Below, in pieces: positions 23,455-37,349 of a stretch of 64,000 nucleotides of DNA. The stretch is from Octopus bimaculoides (lineage: Eukaryota): the NCBI RefSeq assembly GCF_001194135.2, contig NC_068982.1:11720430-11784429 (forward strand), written 5' to 3'. How positions within the stretch are numbered: the first letter of the stretch is position 1; each line of letters begins with the position of its first letter. Made by a program: the position numbers and the translations under genes. The notes under the pieces are model-generated. The model did not search any database and was not told the DNA's origin. It saw nothing but the letters and a program-made list of their open reading frames with translations.

Positions 23455-23825
23455 TGGTATCGTATCGTGGGACTCTGTCGGTTGTGACGATGAGGGTTCC
23501 AGTTGATCCAATCAATGGAACAGCCTGCTCATGAAATTAACGTGCAAGTGGCTGAGCACTCCACAGACACGTGTATCCTTTATGTAGTTCTCAGGGAGAT
23601 TCAGCATGACACAGAGTGTGAAATACAGGTACAACAGGAAGAAAGAGTGAGAGAAAGTTGTGGTGAAAGAGTACAGCAGGGTTCGCCACCATCCCCTGGC
23701 AGAGCCTCGTGGAGCTTTAGGTGTTTTCACTCAATAAACACTCACAACGCCCGGTCTGGGAATCGAAACCGTGATCCTTTGACTGCCAGTCTGCTGTCCT
23801 AACCACTGGGCCATTGCATCTCCAC
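23455..23825 (-). mobile_element. tRNA-derived SINE family D
   Basis: Minus-strand head GTGGAGATGCAATGGCCCAGTGGTTAGG (A box) ... GGTTTCGATTCCC (B box); (ACGAT)n tail; single copy here. Confidence 0.75.
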
Positions 23826-24131
23826 AGTATGATATATGCAACAGACATACACTTGAACTAGGATTTATAAAAAAAGCAAAATGAGAAGGAGAAACCTTTG
23901 TAGTGTCTCCAAGACTGATGGAAGATGAAGAGAGGAAGCGAAACATGACTCAGAGGTTGATACAGTAGTAAGTGGTGCACCAATATACTGAATTATATAA
24001 CTTCGGACCATATTGAACTCATTTGAATGATTGCAAGAGAGTGGTCTCTGCTAAAAGCATCCAAGAGCCAGGAAGTAGTGTTAAAGTGAGTAATATTTGG
24101 ATATTTAAAGGCACAATATTTAAATATTTAT

Positions 24132-24290
24132 AGGTACAGGCATGGCTGTGTGGTAAAGTTTGCTTCCCAACCACATGGTGCTGGGTTCAGTCTCACTGTG
24201 TGGCATCTTGGGCAAGTGTCTTCTTCTACAGCCTCAGGCGAACCAAAGCCTTGTGAGTGGATTTGGAAGCCTATTGTGTGTGTGTGTGTA
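24132..24290 (+). mobile_element. SINE family A, 5' part
   Basis: Head motif through the start of (GT)n. Confidence 0.8.
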
Positions 24291-26566
24291 AAAGTGTTTT
24301 ACTTGAGCAATGTCTATGACAAAATCAGACACAGAAGTGAGAGGACAAATATCAGGATGAGATGACAACGTACTAAAACCATTGATAGTATGTTGTACAA
24401 TAGACCAGTCCAAACAATGCCACCACAAAAATTATAAATGTTAAATGATAATAATATATCCTAAAAATTAATTTACAATACAAGTTGTCTAAATAATTTA
24501 AGACCAGACATAACATTTTAGAATAAAAGAAATAAACTTCAAAATAATTTTAGGTTTATATAAAATAATTTACATGTGTTTGTGTAAATTATATTTGCTT
24601 CTGTTGTTGAAGCAAATGAAAATGGATTGATGCCTTTCAAGTTATTGACTATTTAGTCCTTATATCAATAGGAAAGGTTTAGATCAGGAATTGGGGAATG
24701 TTTTTTTTTATAAATCTGAAGGTCACATTGAAAATAAGTATATTTTAATAAGCTTGTATTGAAGAACATTTTATTATGAGTTGTAAAGAAAGAGTATGAT
24801 CATATTGTGAAAATGTAATTATGAAACATTAAAGTTAGGAATACCAATGAAACTGTCTTATATTTTTTATGATGTTCTTAAATTATCACAAATATATGTA
24901 ACGCTATACAATCAACAAAAAATGTATTTTTTTCATACAAAACCAGGAGGCTGCATTTAAGAGCATCAAAAGCTGTAAGTGCTCCACCTTTAGTTTAAAT
25001 AGTGTTTTAAAGTTATATTCAAGCTGTAACAATATTTCTACTTCTATGAATTAATTATAATTCCATGTGACAATAATTTATTTTCTCATCACCATAATTA
25101 TTATTTTTAGAATAATGGCTGGAAATTTAGCTTCATCTTTTAATTTTGGAAATCTATGCAAATGGATGTTTAATTTCCATTTAATTTTAGATATGAATAT
25201 GCAAATAGAAAACATTACCCAGTTTACAATCAGTTTGGTAACGTTTGTATTGGTATAATCATGTACAAATAATTAGGAAAATAATCCTACTTAATTACTA
25301 GTATTATTATAAACTTCTATCACAGTTATGTCATCATTAAAGAATGTTTGCAACTGCCGCACTGAAGCAAATATCAGTTGATGTTGTCATATCTCTAAAT
25401 CGTTATTTTTTAAATATTTTTGTTTACCGTCTCTTCATTTCTATGAAATATTCTTCTACCTCTGCATGGTTTTTGATAAAAGATGGAATAATAATGTTCA
25501 GATCTTAAAATACAACTCCCATCGGGGTCAAGTAATTTTCCAGATATCAAATGCTTTTCTAGAATTTTACTCAATTCCATCCGCTGTAATAATTTAAGTA
25601 ATTTATCAAAGGAATTTCAAACACCATTTTTATTTTTTACTTCATATTTGTGTTGCCTCCTCCCTTAGACATTCATCATCCAGTTATACTGATGAGTCAT
25701 TTGTTTAATCAAAGCACTTAATCAGTTGCTGAATTTATGAATTAAGAGTTAACAACCAAGTCAGCAGTATTTTTGATGAAGTTTTACCAAGTTGCTCTTT
25801 CATTACAACCTTTCAATTTTGTGATATTCACTGACCCATTGGCAAAAGTCGTGAAATCTCACTTGGTGCATATCTCACTGTCTTAAAAAAATGGACATGT
25901 TAGATAATGTAGACCTAGATTCAGCTGAGTAAAAGAAGAAATAATCATGGCTGGAATATTCTTGAACAAACATTGACACAGATAGGGCTGACCAGGGGCT
26001 AAAACAGCAACAATAGCATGTGAATAATATTTGGATTGTAAAACTGATTCTTTCCTATACATGCTTGTCTTTTCAATATTTTTGATTGCAATTTATTTGG
26101 AAGTTTTGCTAGTGTGTTCATTTTTAGGTTTGGTTTTATTTGGGTTAAGTACAGGAGAAAACTCTGGACATGTTTCTGATTCGTAATAGCCTCACCAGCA
26201 AATCAACCTTATCTATATTTTAAGAAGTAGGGTTAAGAGAATTACTAAATAAATATGCAAAATTGTGAATTAGTGAGAAGAAGAAAATAGACTTGTTTAG
26301 AGATTATGTAATTCAAAATGATATCAGCATTGGTGAAGGCTATGCTTTGCTGATAAGGCCATGATAAGACTGTACTGTAATCTATCCTGAATTATCTTCC
26401 ATACTTGCTGGATTATGATAATGATATCAATCAATGACTAGCATTATTTTTTCTTATCACAAAAACATAATTATTTATTTCTAGTTAGGTTTTAATGTTC
26501 CCCACAGTGAATATGTTAACACTACTAACTTGCCTGTTGTCTTTTTAGTGAATGGTATCTTTAGAT

Positions 26567-26965
26567 TCATCATCCTCATCTTTTAACGTCCATTGTCCAT
26601 GCTGGCATGGGCTGGATGGTTTGACCGGGCTAGCATGCTGGAAGGCTGCACCAGACTCCAGTCTGATGGCATGGTTTTCTTTGGTTGGATGCTCTTCCTA
26701 ATGCTAACCACACCGAGAGTGTAATGGGTGCTTTTATGTGTCACCAGCATGGGTACCATTTGCGTGACACCGGGGTGCTTTTATGTGCCACCGGCACAGG
26801 TGCCAATTTGCGTGACGCCAATATCTGCCATGACTGCAATTTTGCTCGGCTTCATGGGTCTTCTTCTCAAGCACAACATAATGCCAAACATCTTGGTCAT
26901 TGCCTCTGTGAGGCCCAACCCTCGAAAGAAACTCAGCCACTTTGCCTCCATGAGGCCCAATATTG
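26567..26965 (-). mobile_element. RTE-derived retrocopy (family C) with about 2 copies of the 42-bp ORF2-end unit
   Basis: 3'UTR motifs, (GAT)n tail, and GAAACTCAGCCACTTTGCCTCCATGAGGCCCAA matching the array at 47901-48183. Confidence 0.8.
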
Positions 26966-27031
26966 CCTCTCTGATTTTCTATTTGTGTAAAAGCTAAAAA
27001 GAAATAAGAATAGAAAGCTGTGTTAGATGTA

Positions 27032-27249
27032 TGAGGGAGTGCTGAAAAGTTCCTGGTTTTAAGGGTATTGTGAAAGGCCTGGTTGGAGGCCCAACCTTTC
27101 GAGTTCTTTTACAGGACTTAGAAAAACTGAAGGACCACTGCAATAAGTGTGTGAATCTCAGAGGGCAATATGTTGAGTAAAACCATAATTAACTGATTCT
27201 CCTGTATTTTCTTTTTACCCAGAGCCAGGAACTTTTTAGCAGCCCCTTG
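27032..27249 (+). mobile_element. mariner-derived MITE (TA TSD)
   Basis: TIRs as at 14341-14880. Retains the transposase C-terminus LEKLKDHCNKCVNLRGQYVE* (cf. mariner KC....G.YVE). Confidence 0.85.
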
Positions 27250-27559
27250 TATAACGTTAGCAGAGAGAAGTGGCTGGGCATAAAACAAATGAAATATAGT
27301 GTATAAGAATCGAGGCTATGCTGGTACAGATATATAATGTGTGTGAAAGGTGAGAGTTCAGTAAATAAATGCCAAGTGGAAGGCACTAGTTTGGAGGAAG
27401 ACCAAGAGAAATATAGAAAGATGTGGTGAAGCCTGATTTCAAGAGGTGGAACTTCTTAATGAATAGGACAAAGGACTGCACCAAATGATGAAATGCTCAA
27501 TCGAAGAAGACATAACCAACTTATATAAATATTAATAAAAAGAAATAAAATCACCATCA

Positions 27560-27655
27560 TTGTTTTACATCTAATTTTCCATGTTGGCATGGGTTAGACA
27601 GATTTTGTAAGGCAGTGTTTTATAGTTGGATGCCCTTCCTGTCATCAGCCCTTTT
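27560..27655 (-). mobile_element. short RTE 3'UTR remnant
   Basis: TTTCCATGTTGGCATGGGTTAGAC..GGATGCCCTTCCTG. Confidence 0.6.
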
Positions 27656-30021
27656 AGTTGCCTCATATGGTATTCAGGGGCGTGGTGCAGCTGTTATAAA
27701 ACCGAAACCTAAAAGGATAATGATGAGGATGATTCATAGAATATTAGAAAATTTCTAATATATAATATAAAGGGGGCAAATAAAATACATACAATAAAGC
27801 CATATTGAACATGAAAAATGAATTGAAAATTGGCATGCACAGTATATTGTTGCACCAACTGCACAATTCATTATTAAGAAAGCTATGTTGAATATGATGG
27901 AGGTGAATAAATACATGATGTAATACAGAAATATGTAACAGCTACACTGCTCAAGCTAACAGATGCAATATTTTATATTTTCCTCTATATAAATTTTATT
28001 GGTTTAATCAAATCCATTAATATTTCAATCACATGCAGTATCCCCCCCAGAGTAGCATTATTAATCAACAACTTGGCTGCTCTCCAATTCCTGTTACAGT
28101 TGTAGATTTTGAATCCACATAATAGAGACTTGAGAATTCCAAACAGCAATTTTGTGAATGCAATTAAAGCAGATGTCTTGGAGACGATTGTCAGTTTTTA
28201 TTTAAAATGATACTTTAAACACAGATTAATTCACACACATAGACATACTTATAAATACACAAACATACACACACACACACACACACATGCATATACTCTT
28301 ACATCTTTTTCTCAGCTCATCTATAACTATCTTTCGGGCTTATCTTATACATTCTATTAATCATTCTCTGTTCATGTCTTGCTAGGAATTGGGGATCTTA
28401 TTTATTGCTATGCAACAACATAATTCTTTTATGCAAAGAGATAGCTCATTTGTTGTTAAAAGGAGGCTCTCTAAATATATTCCAGTTACTATAAGATATA
28501 TCTACATATTTTTGTACCATCAAATCACCTCTGTCACTGATTAAGTTGCACACATAATATTATCTAAACAATTGATTTATTGGGATTATCTTCAAGACTC
28601 TGGACTCTTAACCTCTTAACAAGTTTTAAAATCACTTTCAGTTTTCCATATCAACCCTGAAAAGAAAAGCATACAGTGTGTTTAAGTGAATTCCTAATGC
28701 AACTTTATTGTGTATAATGTTCTGAGAAGTTTCAGCATTAATGCAGAATCAAAAAAGTTAAATGAAGAAACCTGGTCTTATTGGAACCAAAGCTTTAACT
28801 GCCTAAAAGATATATCAAAGTACATTTAGCATCCTTCCTATGCAAATTAACTTGACATCCAAATTAATTTCCCTCATGGCCAATCAGACTTGAACAAATT
28901 ATACTCTTTTCATTTTCAATCGATTATTTTATTTATAAATATTCTTCCAAAACAAGAAAGAAGCAGAAACACTATGGGAGTCTATTTTCCCAATAAAACA
29001 AATCCAAGCTATCGGCTTAATCCAAGATTGTTATCAACACATTATCTCGTATCATCTGGACAAAAAGGTTGCATAAATGTTTTTTGAAGGAAGACAACAT
29101 AAGGATATGATAGATGCTTGATGGACTAATTATTATCTAACTACGTATGTAAGTCTCTTGAATGGAGACCAAAAATAATATTTAGCATTGTTGTATGTTA
29201 CTACAGTCGTTGCAAGTAGCACAAATGCTATAAGGAAATATCTGGGTATTCAGGCTCATGTAATCTTCTGTTGTCTCCTCTGTATCTTTCAGTTATTCAA
29301 GAAATAACTCACTCAGAGTCAGCTCAACTCCATCCATCATACATTGTTTTTCTATCAATATAAGCTCCGTGTCCTTATGCTTCTGTCAAATACTGATGAT
29401 AGATTATTTACTTCCCTCAGCTCACTATCCTTTTGTTTAAATTCTATGTCAGTTCAGACAAAATCATGGATGAAATCACAAACCTATGACAACTCAATGA
29501 AAGAAGATTGTCCAAGGGTGATGGACACATAAAGGGGACACTCTAGGATCACTCACTATTAATAAAATTTATGACGGTGATGATAGATGCTGAACAGGGA
29601 AAAAGACAAAGTGAGGACTGGGATTTTCATTTATAAATTTTTCCCCTGCTTGTTCTGACATGCTGGAAATGAGTACAATAGATCAGCAGTTATCAAGGTC
29701 AGAGAGGGCACAGCCCTTTTTTTTTTTTTAGGTCCGCAGATACATGGTTGTAAGTTTCTGTAAGGTGGAGTGGATATCACATGAAAGAAAAATGTTGAAG
29801 AATGTGAAGACAACAGGTATCAGCTCAAGAGATCACTGTTATAGAGTGATGGCAGGTCAGTGTCAGGTTCTCATTTTATGGTAATTTTTTTGTGAAGTGA
29901 GTTATATCAAGCAGATAATCCTATGGAGATAAAGACTATTATGGGAGAGTAATCCTTGAGCCTGGAGAATCACCAAGTGTGTTGGTCAGCTAATGAGACT
30001 AATTGGTTCAGACACTTCATA

Positions 30022-30380
30022 ATTATCTCCACATCAGCGATGGCAGAGGTATTGTTTTCAGTTGTGTTTGTTTGTCTGTGGACAAGATATCACAAGAACC
30101 ACTGGATGGATTCGGATGAAACTTTCAGGGATATTTGGCCTCATGACTGGCATGAACTGATTAGATTTTGGGATTGATCTGGTACCGGACAAGGATTCTG
30201 GATTATTTTTCCGGTTTTTTACTTAATTTTTGAGAGTGGTCTGGTTCATTTTTAGTATTCTCATTTGTGAGAGCAGTCAAGGTTATTTCAGATATCCTTA
30301 TTTTAAAATTCATCTCTGGCTAATCGTTGAAAGGATGTTGGTGTTGCCTTGGTGGAGGTTTGTGCTCTCTGAGTGCTCTT
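30022..30380 (+). mobile_element. Helentron/DINE-1-like non-autonomous element
   Basis: 5' ATCTCCAC with a local palindrome, GTTTGTTTGTCTGT tract, 3' sub-TIR CCTTGGTGGAGGT followed by a short hairpin GTGCTC-TCT-GAGTGC and TT. Confidence 0.5.
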
Positions 30381-30429
30381 CCTGGTATTCATGCTAAGTG
30401 TGGTGGGAGTGAGAGGGTGAAGAATAGTT

Positions 30430-30792
30430 TCTTTTTATTCTTTCACTTGTTTCAAGAGTCACCTTGAAGAACTTTAGTCAAATGAATTGACTCCAGAACT
30501 TATTTCTTTTAATGCCTGGTACTTATTCTGTCAGTCTCTTTTGCCAAACCACTAAGTTATGGAGATGTAAATACACCAACACTGGTTGTTAAGTGGTGGT
30601 GGGATACAAACACAGCACACACACATCTATACATAAGTTGGGCTCCTTTCAGTTTTTGCCTGGTTTTTGCAAAGCTTTGATCAGCCTGAGGCTGTAGAAG
30701 AAGACACTTGCCCTAGGTGTCATGCAGTGGGACTGAACCCAGGATCATGTGGTTGGGAAGCAAATGTCTTACCACACAGCTACACTTGTGTG
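30430..30792 (-). mobile_element. SINE family A
   Basis: Head and tail motifs on the minus strand. Confidence 0.85.
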
Positions 30793-30893
30793 TATTTAAA
30801 TCACTGATGACAATAACTTGAGAGAAAAGTGAACTGAGATAAATGGCTTCAACGCCAACTGGACAGAGAGACAGATGAAATACTATAAGTGAT

Positions 30894-31121
30894 TTCACCC
30901 TTTAGCATTCAGATTACTCTATCAAGTGTAATGCTTATTTATTGATATTGATTTGAATTAGTCATGTGTTATCTTGTAGCTTTGAAATTTCAATGGTGTG
31001 ATTATTTATTTCAAGAATGATATCATAAGGTAAGTGGGAAAAACCAGATATGGCTGGCTTGAACATAAAACAGGTTGAATATTTTGGCTGGATATGGCCA
31101 ATTTAAATGCTAAAAGGTTAA
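30894..31121. mobile_element. piggyBac-like MITE family P2
   Basis: TTCA-CCCTTTAGCATT ... AATGCTAAAAGG-TTAA. Confidence 0.75.
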
Positions 31122-31987
31122 GAAGTCTTGAGAATGGCAGAGCAAATGAACTTAAGAAAATGGAGTGGGCCAGTGACTTCCTAAGCTAATTAGAATTTTT
31201 CTTTTTTATTAATGTAGCCAATGAGTCTTGGAAAAAGTGGATTCTTCAGATGTGCAGACATCACTTTCAGGAAATATGTAAAGCAGATATAAGTTAGATA
31301 TAGAGAGTGAAAGACTTTGCGTTTGAGGGAAGAATAGTATGTACAGCTTATATATGAGTAAAATGTGATTTATAAGATCTAACCTGAAGTTTACAGATAC
31401 TGGTGTTAAGTAGAGTTATTGTCTGTCATTTTTGTAGATTTTGACATTAAAATATAGATATGGGAAGATATAGTATTTTTCAGGTTTGGAGCTGCTGACA
31501 GAAACGATTTTATAAGTATATAATATAGATAATTTTAAATCTCGTTTGATGACTTTAAAAAGCAAATTCATATTTGTTTTACAGAATAGAAAAACAGTAT
31601 TTGCTTTTAAATTGATTTATCTTCAAAAGAAGATTTAGTTAATTCTATTTTAACATAATCCTTTTAAGCTTGATGGAAGAAGCTAATGGTTGTAGATTTT
31701 CAGGTGAGACTCAGTGTTGTTGTGGCTGTTCTAAGAGTAATTTAGTGTTGCAGCATCGTTTGAAATGGTAGAAATGGCTTCAAGTTGAATTGACTTAAGA
31801 TTTGGAACTTCCAGGAGAACACGACCATGAGATTTGTGACCTGGGGCAAGTTTGATAGAGCAATTTGCATTCTCTTTGAAATATGGTTCCATGCCAAAAA
31901 ACAGTGATTAGTTGGAACCTGTGAAACTCAATTAAAAGCTTTGTTGATGTTATGAGCAATATTCTGGTATATGCCAAACATTTTTTG

Positions 31988-32128
31988 ATGGCAATTTATG
32001 AAGAAATCGTTAGAACACCTGGCAAAATGCTAAGTGATATTTCATCCATCTTTATGTTCTGAGTTCAAATTCAGCTAAGGTCAACTTTGCCTTTCATCCT
32101 TTCTGGGTCAATAAAATAAGTACCAGGT
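31988..32128 (+). mobile_element. SINE family B, 3'-truncated
   Basis: CTGAGTTCAAATTC..GCCTTTCATCCTTTCTGGGTCAATAAAATAAGTACCAG. Confidence 0.8.
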
Positions 32129-32406
32129 AGGGGACTCCAAAAGGGGTCTTAGGGAGTAGTGTCCCTGTCTTCCTGAGCTAGTTTTCTACCACATTTCTTA
32201 AAAGTCATGGTAGAGGCCTTGGTCTTGGGACCGCTTATGTCTAGAAACTGAGGTTGGAGGTAAGCAAGGGCATGTTCCCCTTAGAAAATCCAGCTCCAAA
32301 AAAGCCTCATGATAGCAAAAGAGGATGGGCACCAGCCAGCCCAAAGGTTAGGGTGGGCTGCATCTGCCTACCTCGGTTGCTATGGCATTGGGTTGTGTGT
32401 ATGTAT

Positions 32407-32635
32407 TTAACCCTTTGGTTACTGTATTTATTTTGAGATGCTTTGTGTTTCTTTCAATTAATTTTAAATATAACAAAGAATTTAGTAAAATAACTTTGTT
32501 ATCATTCAGCTAGTGTTAGGAACATAAATTGTGACTAAGGTTTGGTGGAAGATTTTAATTCAGAACTTATGAAAACAAGACATTTGTACTCAGAGCCAGA
32601 GCTGGTTTCAGCCGGGTTGGTAACGAAAGGGTTAA
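32407..32635. mobile_element. piggyBac-like MITE family P1, complete
   Basis: TTAA-CCCTTTGGTTAC ... GTAACGAAAGGG-TTAA. Confidence 0.85.
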
Positions 32636-33549
32636 ATATGTATATACATACACATTTGTAAATATGCATGTGTGTGTGTGAGAGAGAGAGTGCAAAGGAT
32701 TACTGCTAAATTTGTGCATTAAGTAAAAATACTGTGGCATTTAATCTATGCAGCTTACATTCCTTTTACACCAAAGAATAATTACCAATTCAATTCAATA
32801 GTGACTGGTAAAATAAATACTAGACAAAATATACCAAAGTCAAAAAAACAAAAACCAATCGACATCCTTACCCTAAGTCAGTGCTCCAGCATGGTCACAA
32901 ATCAAAAACTGAAAGCTGCAAAAGAACTAGCAAAAAAAATTAGTCTGTAGTGTTACTGTAGGTTGGACATGAGTGTTTGATTACCGTCCTTATCAAAAGG
33001 TTATGTCATTTTGATAGAATTTCAGATTGAAAGCATTTGATCACAAACATATGGACAGGTTGAAGGAGATCTGGCTGTGATTTTAAGCAAACCCAGCAAC
33101 TATGCATTAATTCCATGTGTATTCTTAGATGGAAAAAGGAAGAATGCCTGTTGAGTTTTAATGAATTTTGGCTTGATTCCTGAAGCTGACTTCAAGATTC
33201 AGGGGAGAAAACAGAGAGCATGTGTATGTGCATGTACCAAATGTATATGTGTGTATATATATAAGGTTAAAATAGGAAAAGTGAATTAATCATTGTAACA
33301 ATAGTGATACTTTTATAGGAAGTATAAAGCTAAAATTTTGTTGGTTTTTATCATTGTTTCTTTTTTTTTTCAGTTTTTTTTCAAATGCAAAATGAAATAT
33401 GAGTCAGTTTTTCCCTCTCTTTTCATTTAACTCCATCTTAATGGGAATAATTTGATAGTGGTTGTGAGGTTAGTGGTAAAGTTCAATTTTGAAAGTTCCC
33501 TACAACCTTTGTTCAAGAGGTTATATACACATACGTACATACATCTGTA

Positions 33550-33876
33550 TCTCTCTCTCTCTATATGTATATATGTATATATATATATATATATATNNNN
33601 NNNNNNNNNNNNNNNNNNNNNNNNNNNNNNNNNNNNNNNNNNNNNNNNNNNNNNNNNNNNNNNNNNNNNNNNNNNNNNNNNNNNNNNNNNNNNNNNNNNN
33701 NNNNNNNNNNNNNNNNNNNNNNNNNNNNNNNNNNNNNNNNNNNNNNNNNNNNNNNNNNNNNNNNNNNNNNNNNNNNNNNNNNNNNNNNNNNNNNNNNNNN
33801 NNNNNNNNNNNNNNNNNNNNNNNNNNNNNNNNNNNNNNNNNNNNNTATGTGTGTGTGTGTGTGTTTGTGTGTGTAT
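33550..33876. repeat. (CT)/(AT)/(GT) microsatellites around an N gap
   Basis: Direct reading. Confidence 0.9.
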
Positions 33877-34531
33877 GTAACAAGGACATATACACAGTGT
33901 TGGTACAGTTATATGTAATGAACATAAAAGAAAACAATTGCAGTCCCCTTAAGATATATACATATAGTTGCCGTGAAAAAAAATGTGTTGAATACTTGCT
34001 GATTAATACAACAAAGACTGAACAAAGAGCAATGAAATTTAATAAAAGAAAAATACTGTAACATACCTATCAAAAAATTTTTTTTTTAAATAAAATAAAA
34101 TGTTACTCTGTATAAGTTCAGCAGCCAAGATAAGAATGAGTTAGATTCCATGCTTTTTTTTTTTTTTCTTTTTTGCTACATTTATTTTAAAAAATTTATG
34201 CTCAATTGTACAGATACTGTCTTATTGATTGAATTTAAAAAAAAAATGTTCTTAGGCTGCTGCTGTTGCGTATGAACTAAAAACAAAACTTGTAGAGCAA
34301 TCGAGCAATTCCTTTTTCACTCTCCTTCTACTTTTCTCTTTTAAAATCACATATGTATGAAACAATTTGGCATATCTATTACAGTGTTCTATATATAGTA
34401 ATGTGCAAAGTATAGCTTGATAGCATTGAAAATGGAGGAAATTTCATTGATGTATTTAATACTGGATCAGATTATTACATTAAATATCTGAGTTGAATTT
34501 ACACTCACATTTTTTTAATGATCATAATGAA

Positions 34532-34532
<1 letters not shown>

Positions 34533-34584
<52 letters not shown>
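34533..34584. repeat. (ACAT)n/(AT)n microsatellite before an N gap
   Basis: Direct reading. Confidence 0.9.
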
Positions 34585-34949
34585 NNNNNNNNNNNNNNNN
34601 NNNNNNNNNNNNNNNNNNNNNNNNNNNNNNNNNNNNNNNNNNNNNNNNNNNNNNNNNNNNNNNNNNNNNNNNNNNNNNNNNNNNNNNNNNNNNNNNNNNN
34701 NNNNNNNNNNNNNNNNNNNNNNNNNNNNNNNNNNNNNNNNNNNNNNNNNNNNNNNNNNNNNNNNNNNNNNNNNNNNNNNNNNNNNNNNNNNNNNNNNNNN
34801 NNNNNNNNNNNNNNNNNNNNNNNNNNNNNNNNNNNNNNNNNNNNNNAGCTAAGATAGACTCTACTTATCAACACACATGCAAATTTCAGTCATTGGTTAA
34901 TACATCATGTAAAAGTAACTAATTTCTTTACCCCCACCCCTTCCCTCAG

Positions 34950-35003
<54 letters not shown>

Positions 35004-37349
35004 AATAATAATTCCTGTAGGAATAGATCAGCAGTACTTTAATGATCATCAGAATGAAATGTTATTTTAGGATCAGTATAAAACCAAGTTATTAAGTGCA
35101 GAGAGGAAGGAAAAATATATAAAAAAAAAAAATGACAAATTAATGTATAGATTGTAGCTGGATTTTACTTCAACGATCTATTTAGAGTATATTTATTATG
35201 TTGACTCTTGTGCTATGAAAATCCCATTTCCCCACCATCTCTCTAATCTGTCACTGATTTGAATATATTTACTCCCTAAAGAACATATTAACATTTACAA
35301 TTTCACTCAATTCTGTTCTTTACAACTCTGTTTCCAACACATGTATTGTCGACTAAGATGATGGAAAACTGTTTTTTAAAATTTTTTTGCTAATCTGTTT
35401 CCATTAATAGATATTTGTATGTTAATATTTTATTCCAACAGTAGTCGTACTTACTTTGGTCATCAGTCTGTTTATTGATACTTGTCTTGCCACAATTCTG
35501 TGAATAAAACAGTAAATAAAGAGTATATCAATAAATACCCTCACTGTCTGGAAATTATAAAAACAAACAGTCATTCTCAGTCATTTCCATTCAGTAAATA
35601 AAACATTAAATTAAATTTGTTTCAATTTTTATTGCCACGAGAAACTTCATTTTGTGATATTTCTATTGTTTACATTTCCTATTTTATTTATTTTATTCCA
35701 CGTATTTATTTTAGTACAAGATTTCACTGTGTTTTTACCTATTAACAAGGCTGTCTTAAAAGCATTAAAGGTGCCAGTACAAAGCTTTGCACCAAGGCTT
35801 CAAGATGTACAACTACAGCATACATGGGTTAGCATTAGGATTTAAAATCTATGGGGTACCTGGGTAATTTCCCAGAGTACCCATGCCTAATCAGTCACAT
35901 CCTAAACATTGTTCACTTCCCAGAACTTTATCCTTCTGGAAATTCCTCTTTGTCTGCTTTTCCCTTCACAACTATTAATCTATAATCATTTAAACTGAAA
36001 GACTAACAATGTTAACCCTACCATATTGTATGTCTCCTTGACTATGAATGTGGGAAAAAGCTATAGACGTTAGATTTCACTCATTAACTACTGAAAAAGA
36101 TAAAAATAAATACAAAAAAAAAAAAGGAGTCAACTGTCTCTTTCCGTAACTCTAAGTCATCAAGTGTTTAAAAGGTCAGACAGTGACCACTTAAGGCAAA
36201 TCTCCAGTACTTTACCATGCTTTGGTATTTCATTAAATTAAAGAATCAGTCAGCGGTGAGTGTCCGTTTTTGGCATGTATTCATTCACATTCACAGCCTC
36301 ATTATAAATCGCAATTCAATTCAACTTATTGAATTTGTATAGAAATATAATACAATGGAAAGTTCTTGCAGCTGAAGTTACTGGAACAACAATTAAAATT
36401 TCTCAAATGACAATAATGACATTCAATACATTAGTAAATATTGCAATGATATAATAATTACAACAAGAGCACAAATATGTTTGGACATATGAGAACAAAC
36501 AGATGTCCTTATATATACAAAATCCCATCAATGGGGCAACTTTCTCTTTCATCTTTTGGGTGTTGATTAAAAGTACAAATCCGAGGCAGTGGATTGGTAG
36601 ATATATAAGAATAGTGAACTTGGTGCCTTGGGGTATTTGTTCCACTCCATTGCATTCTGAGTTCAAATCTTGCCATACCCTTCTTGGGTAATAGAATTAA
36701 CCCGCTGCTTGGTTTAATACCACCACTTGGTATCATGAGTGCCTTAGCAGAGTCCACTCTGTTGCAAGGATAGGGATCAGGTTTTTCATTCAGGAATACC
36801 TTTTTTCTCCCTTCCTTCAGTCTTGGAGTCCCTGTAACATGTTATGGGCTCTAGCTCCTCTGATTTGGAAAAGAAACTGTTTCTGAATAAAAATTTGTAC
36901 ACCAGAAGGTATCTGTAGTGCCTACGAGATTGTTTTGGAGTGAACTGACACCCCCACACGTGGCTGTCAGTGGACTGGATGAGTTTTATAAATAGAATGA
37001 GCCAGTAGATAGCTGAGGTCGAACTGTGAGAGCGTGAGTCTCATTATTGATTCTGGAGTATTGGATTGTTATTGTGTGAATGGTTATAAGAAGGTAACCA
37101 ATTCTTATTACATCATTTATTGTTATACGGCTATATTTAGTACTGTGATATATTATTACACACACACACACACACACACATACACACACACACACACACA
37201 CATCATATATTGTCACTGGTAATATAACAGAGATAAAAGCAAAATGAGCAAAATGTGAAGCTAGAGTTTAAAATGATGCCAGGCTCTATGTGCAGTTAAC
37301 AGGCATTGGGCTGGGAGTGAAATGTCTAAGATTACTTGTGCAGATGTTT

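Noticed and set aside
31780-31990. Possible LINE endonuclease N-terminus (IWNFQ..., LVGTCETQL)
   Set aside because: Motifs are too degenerate and stop-interrupted to support a call.
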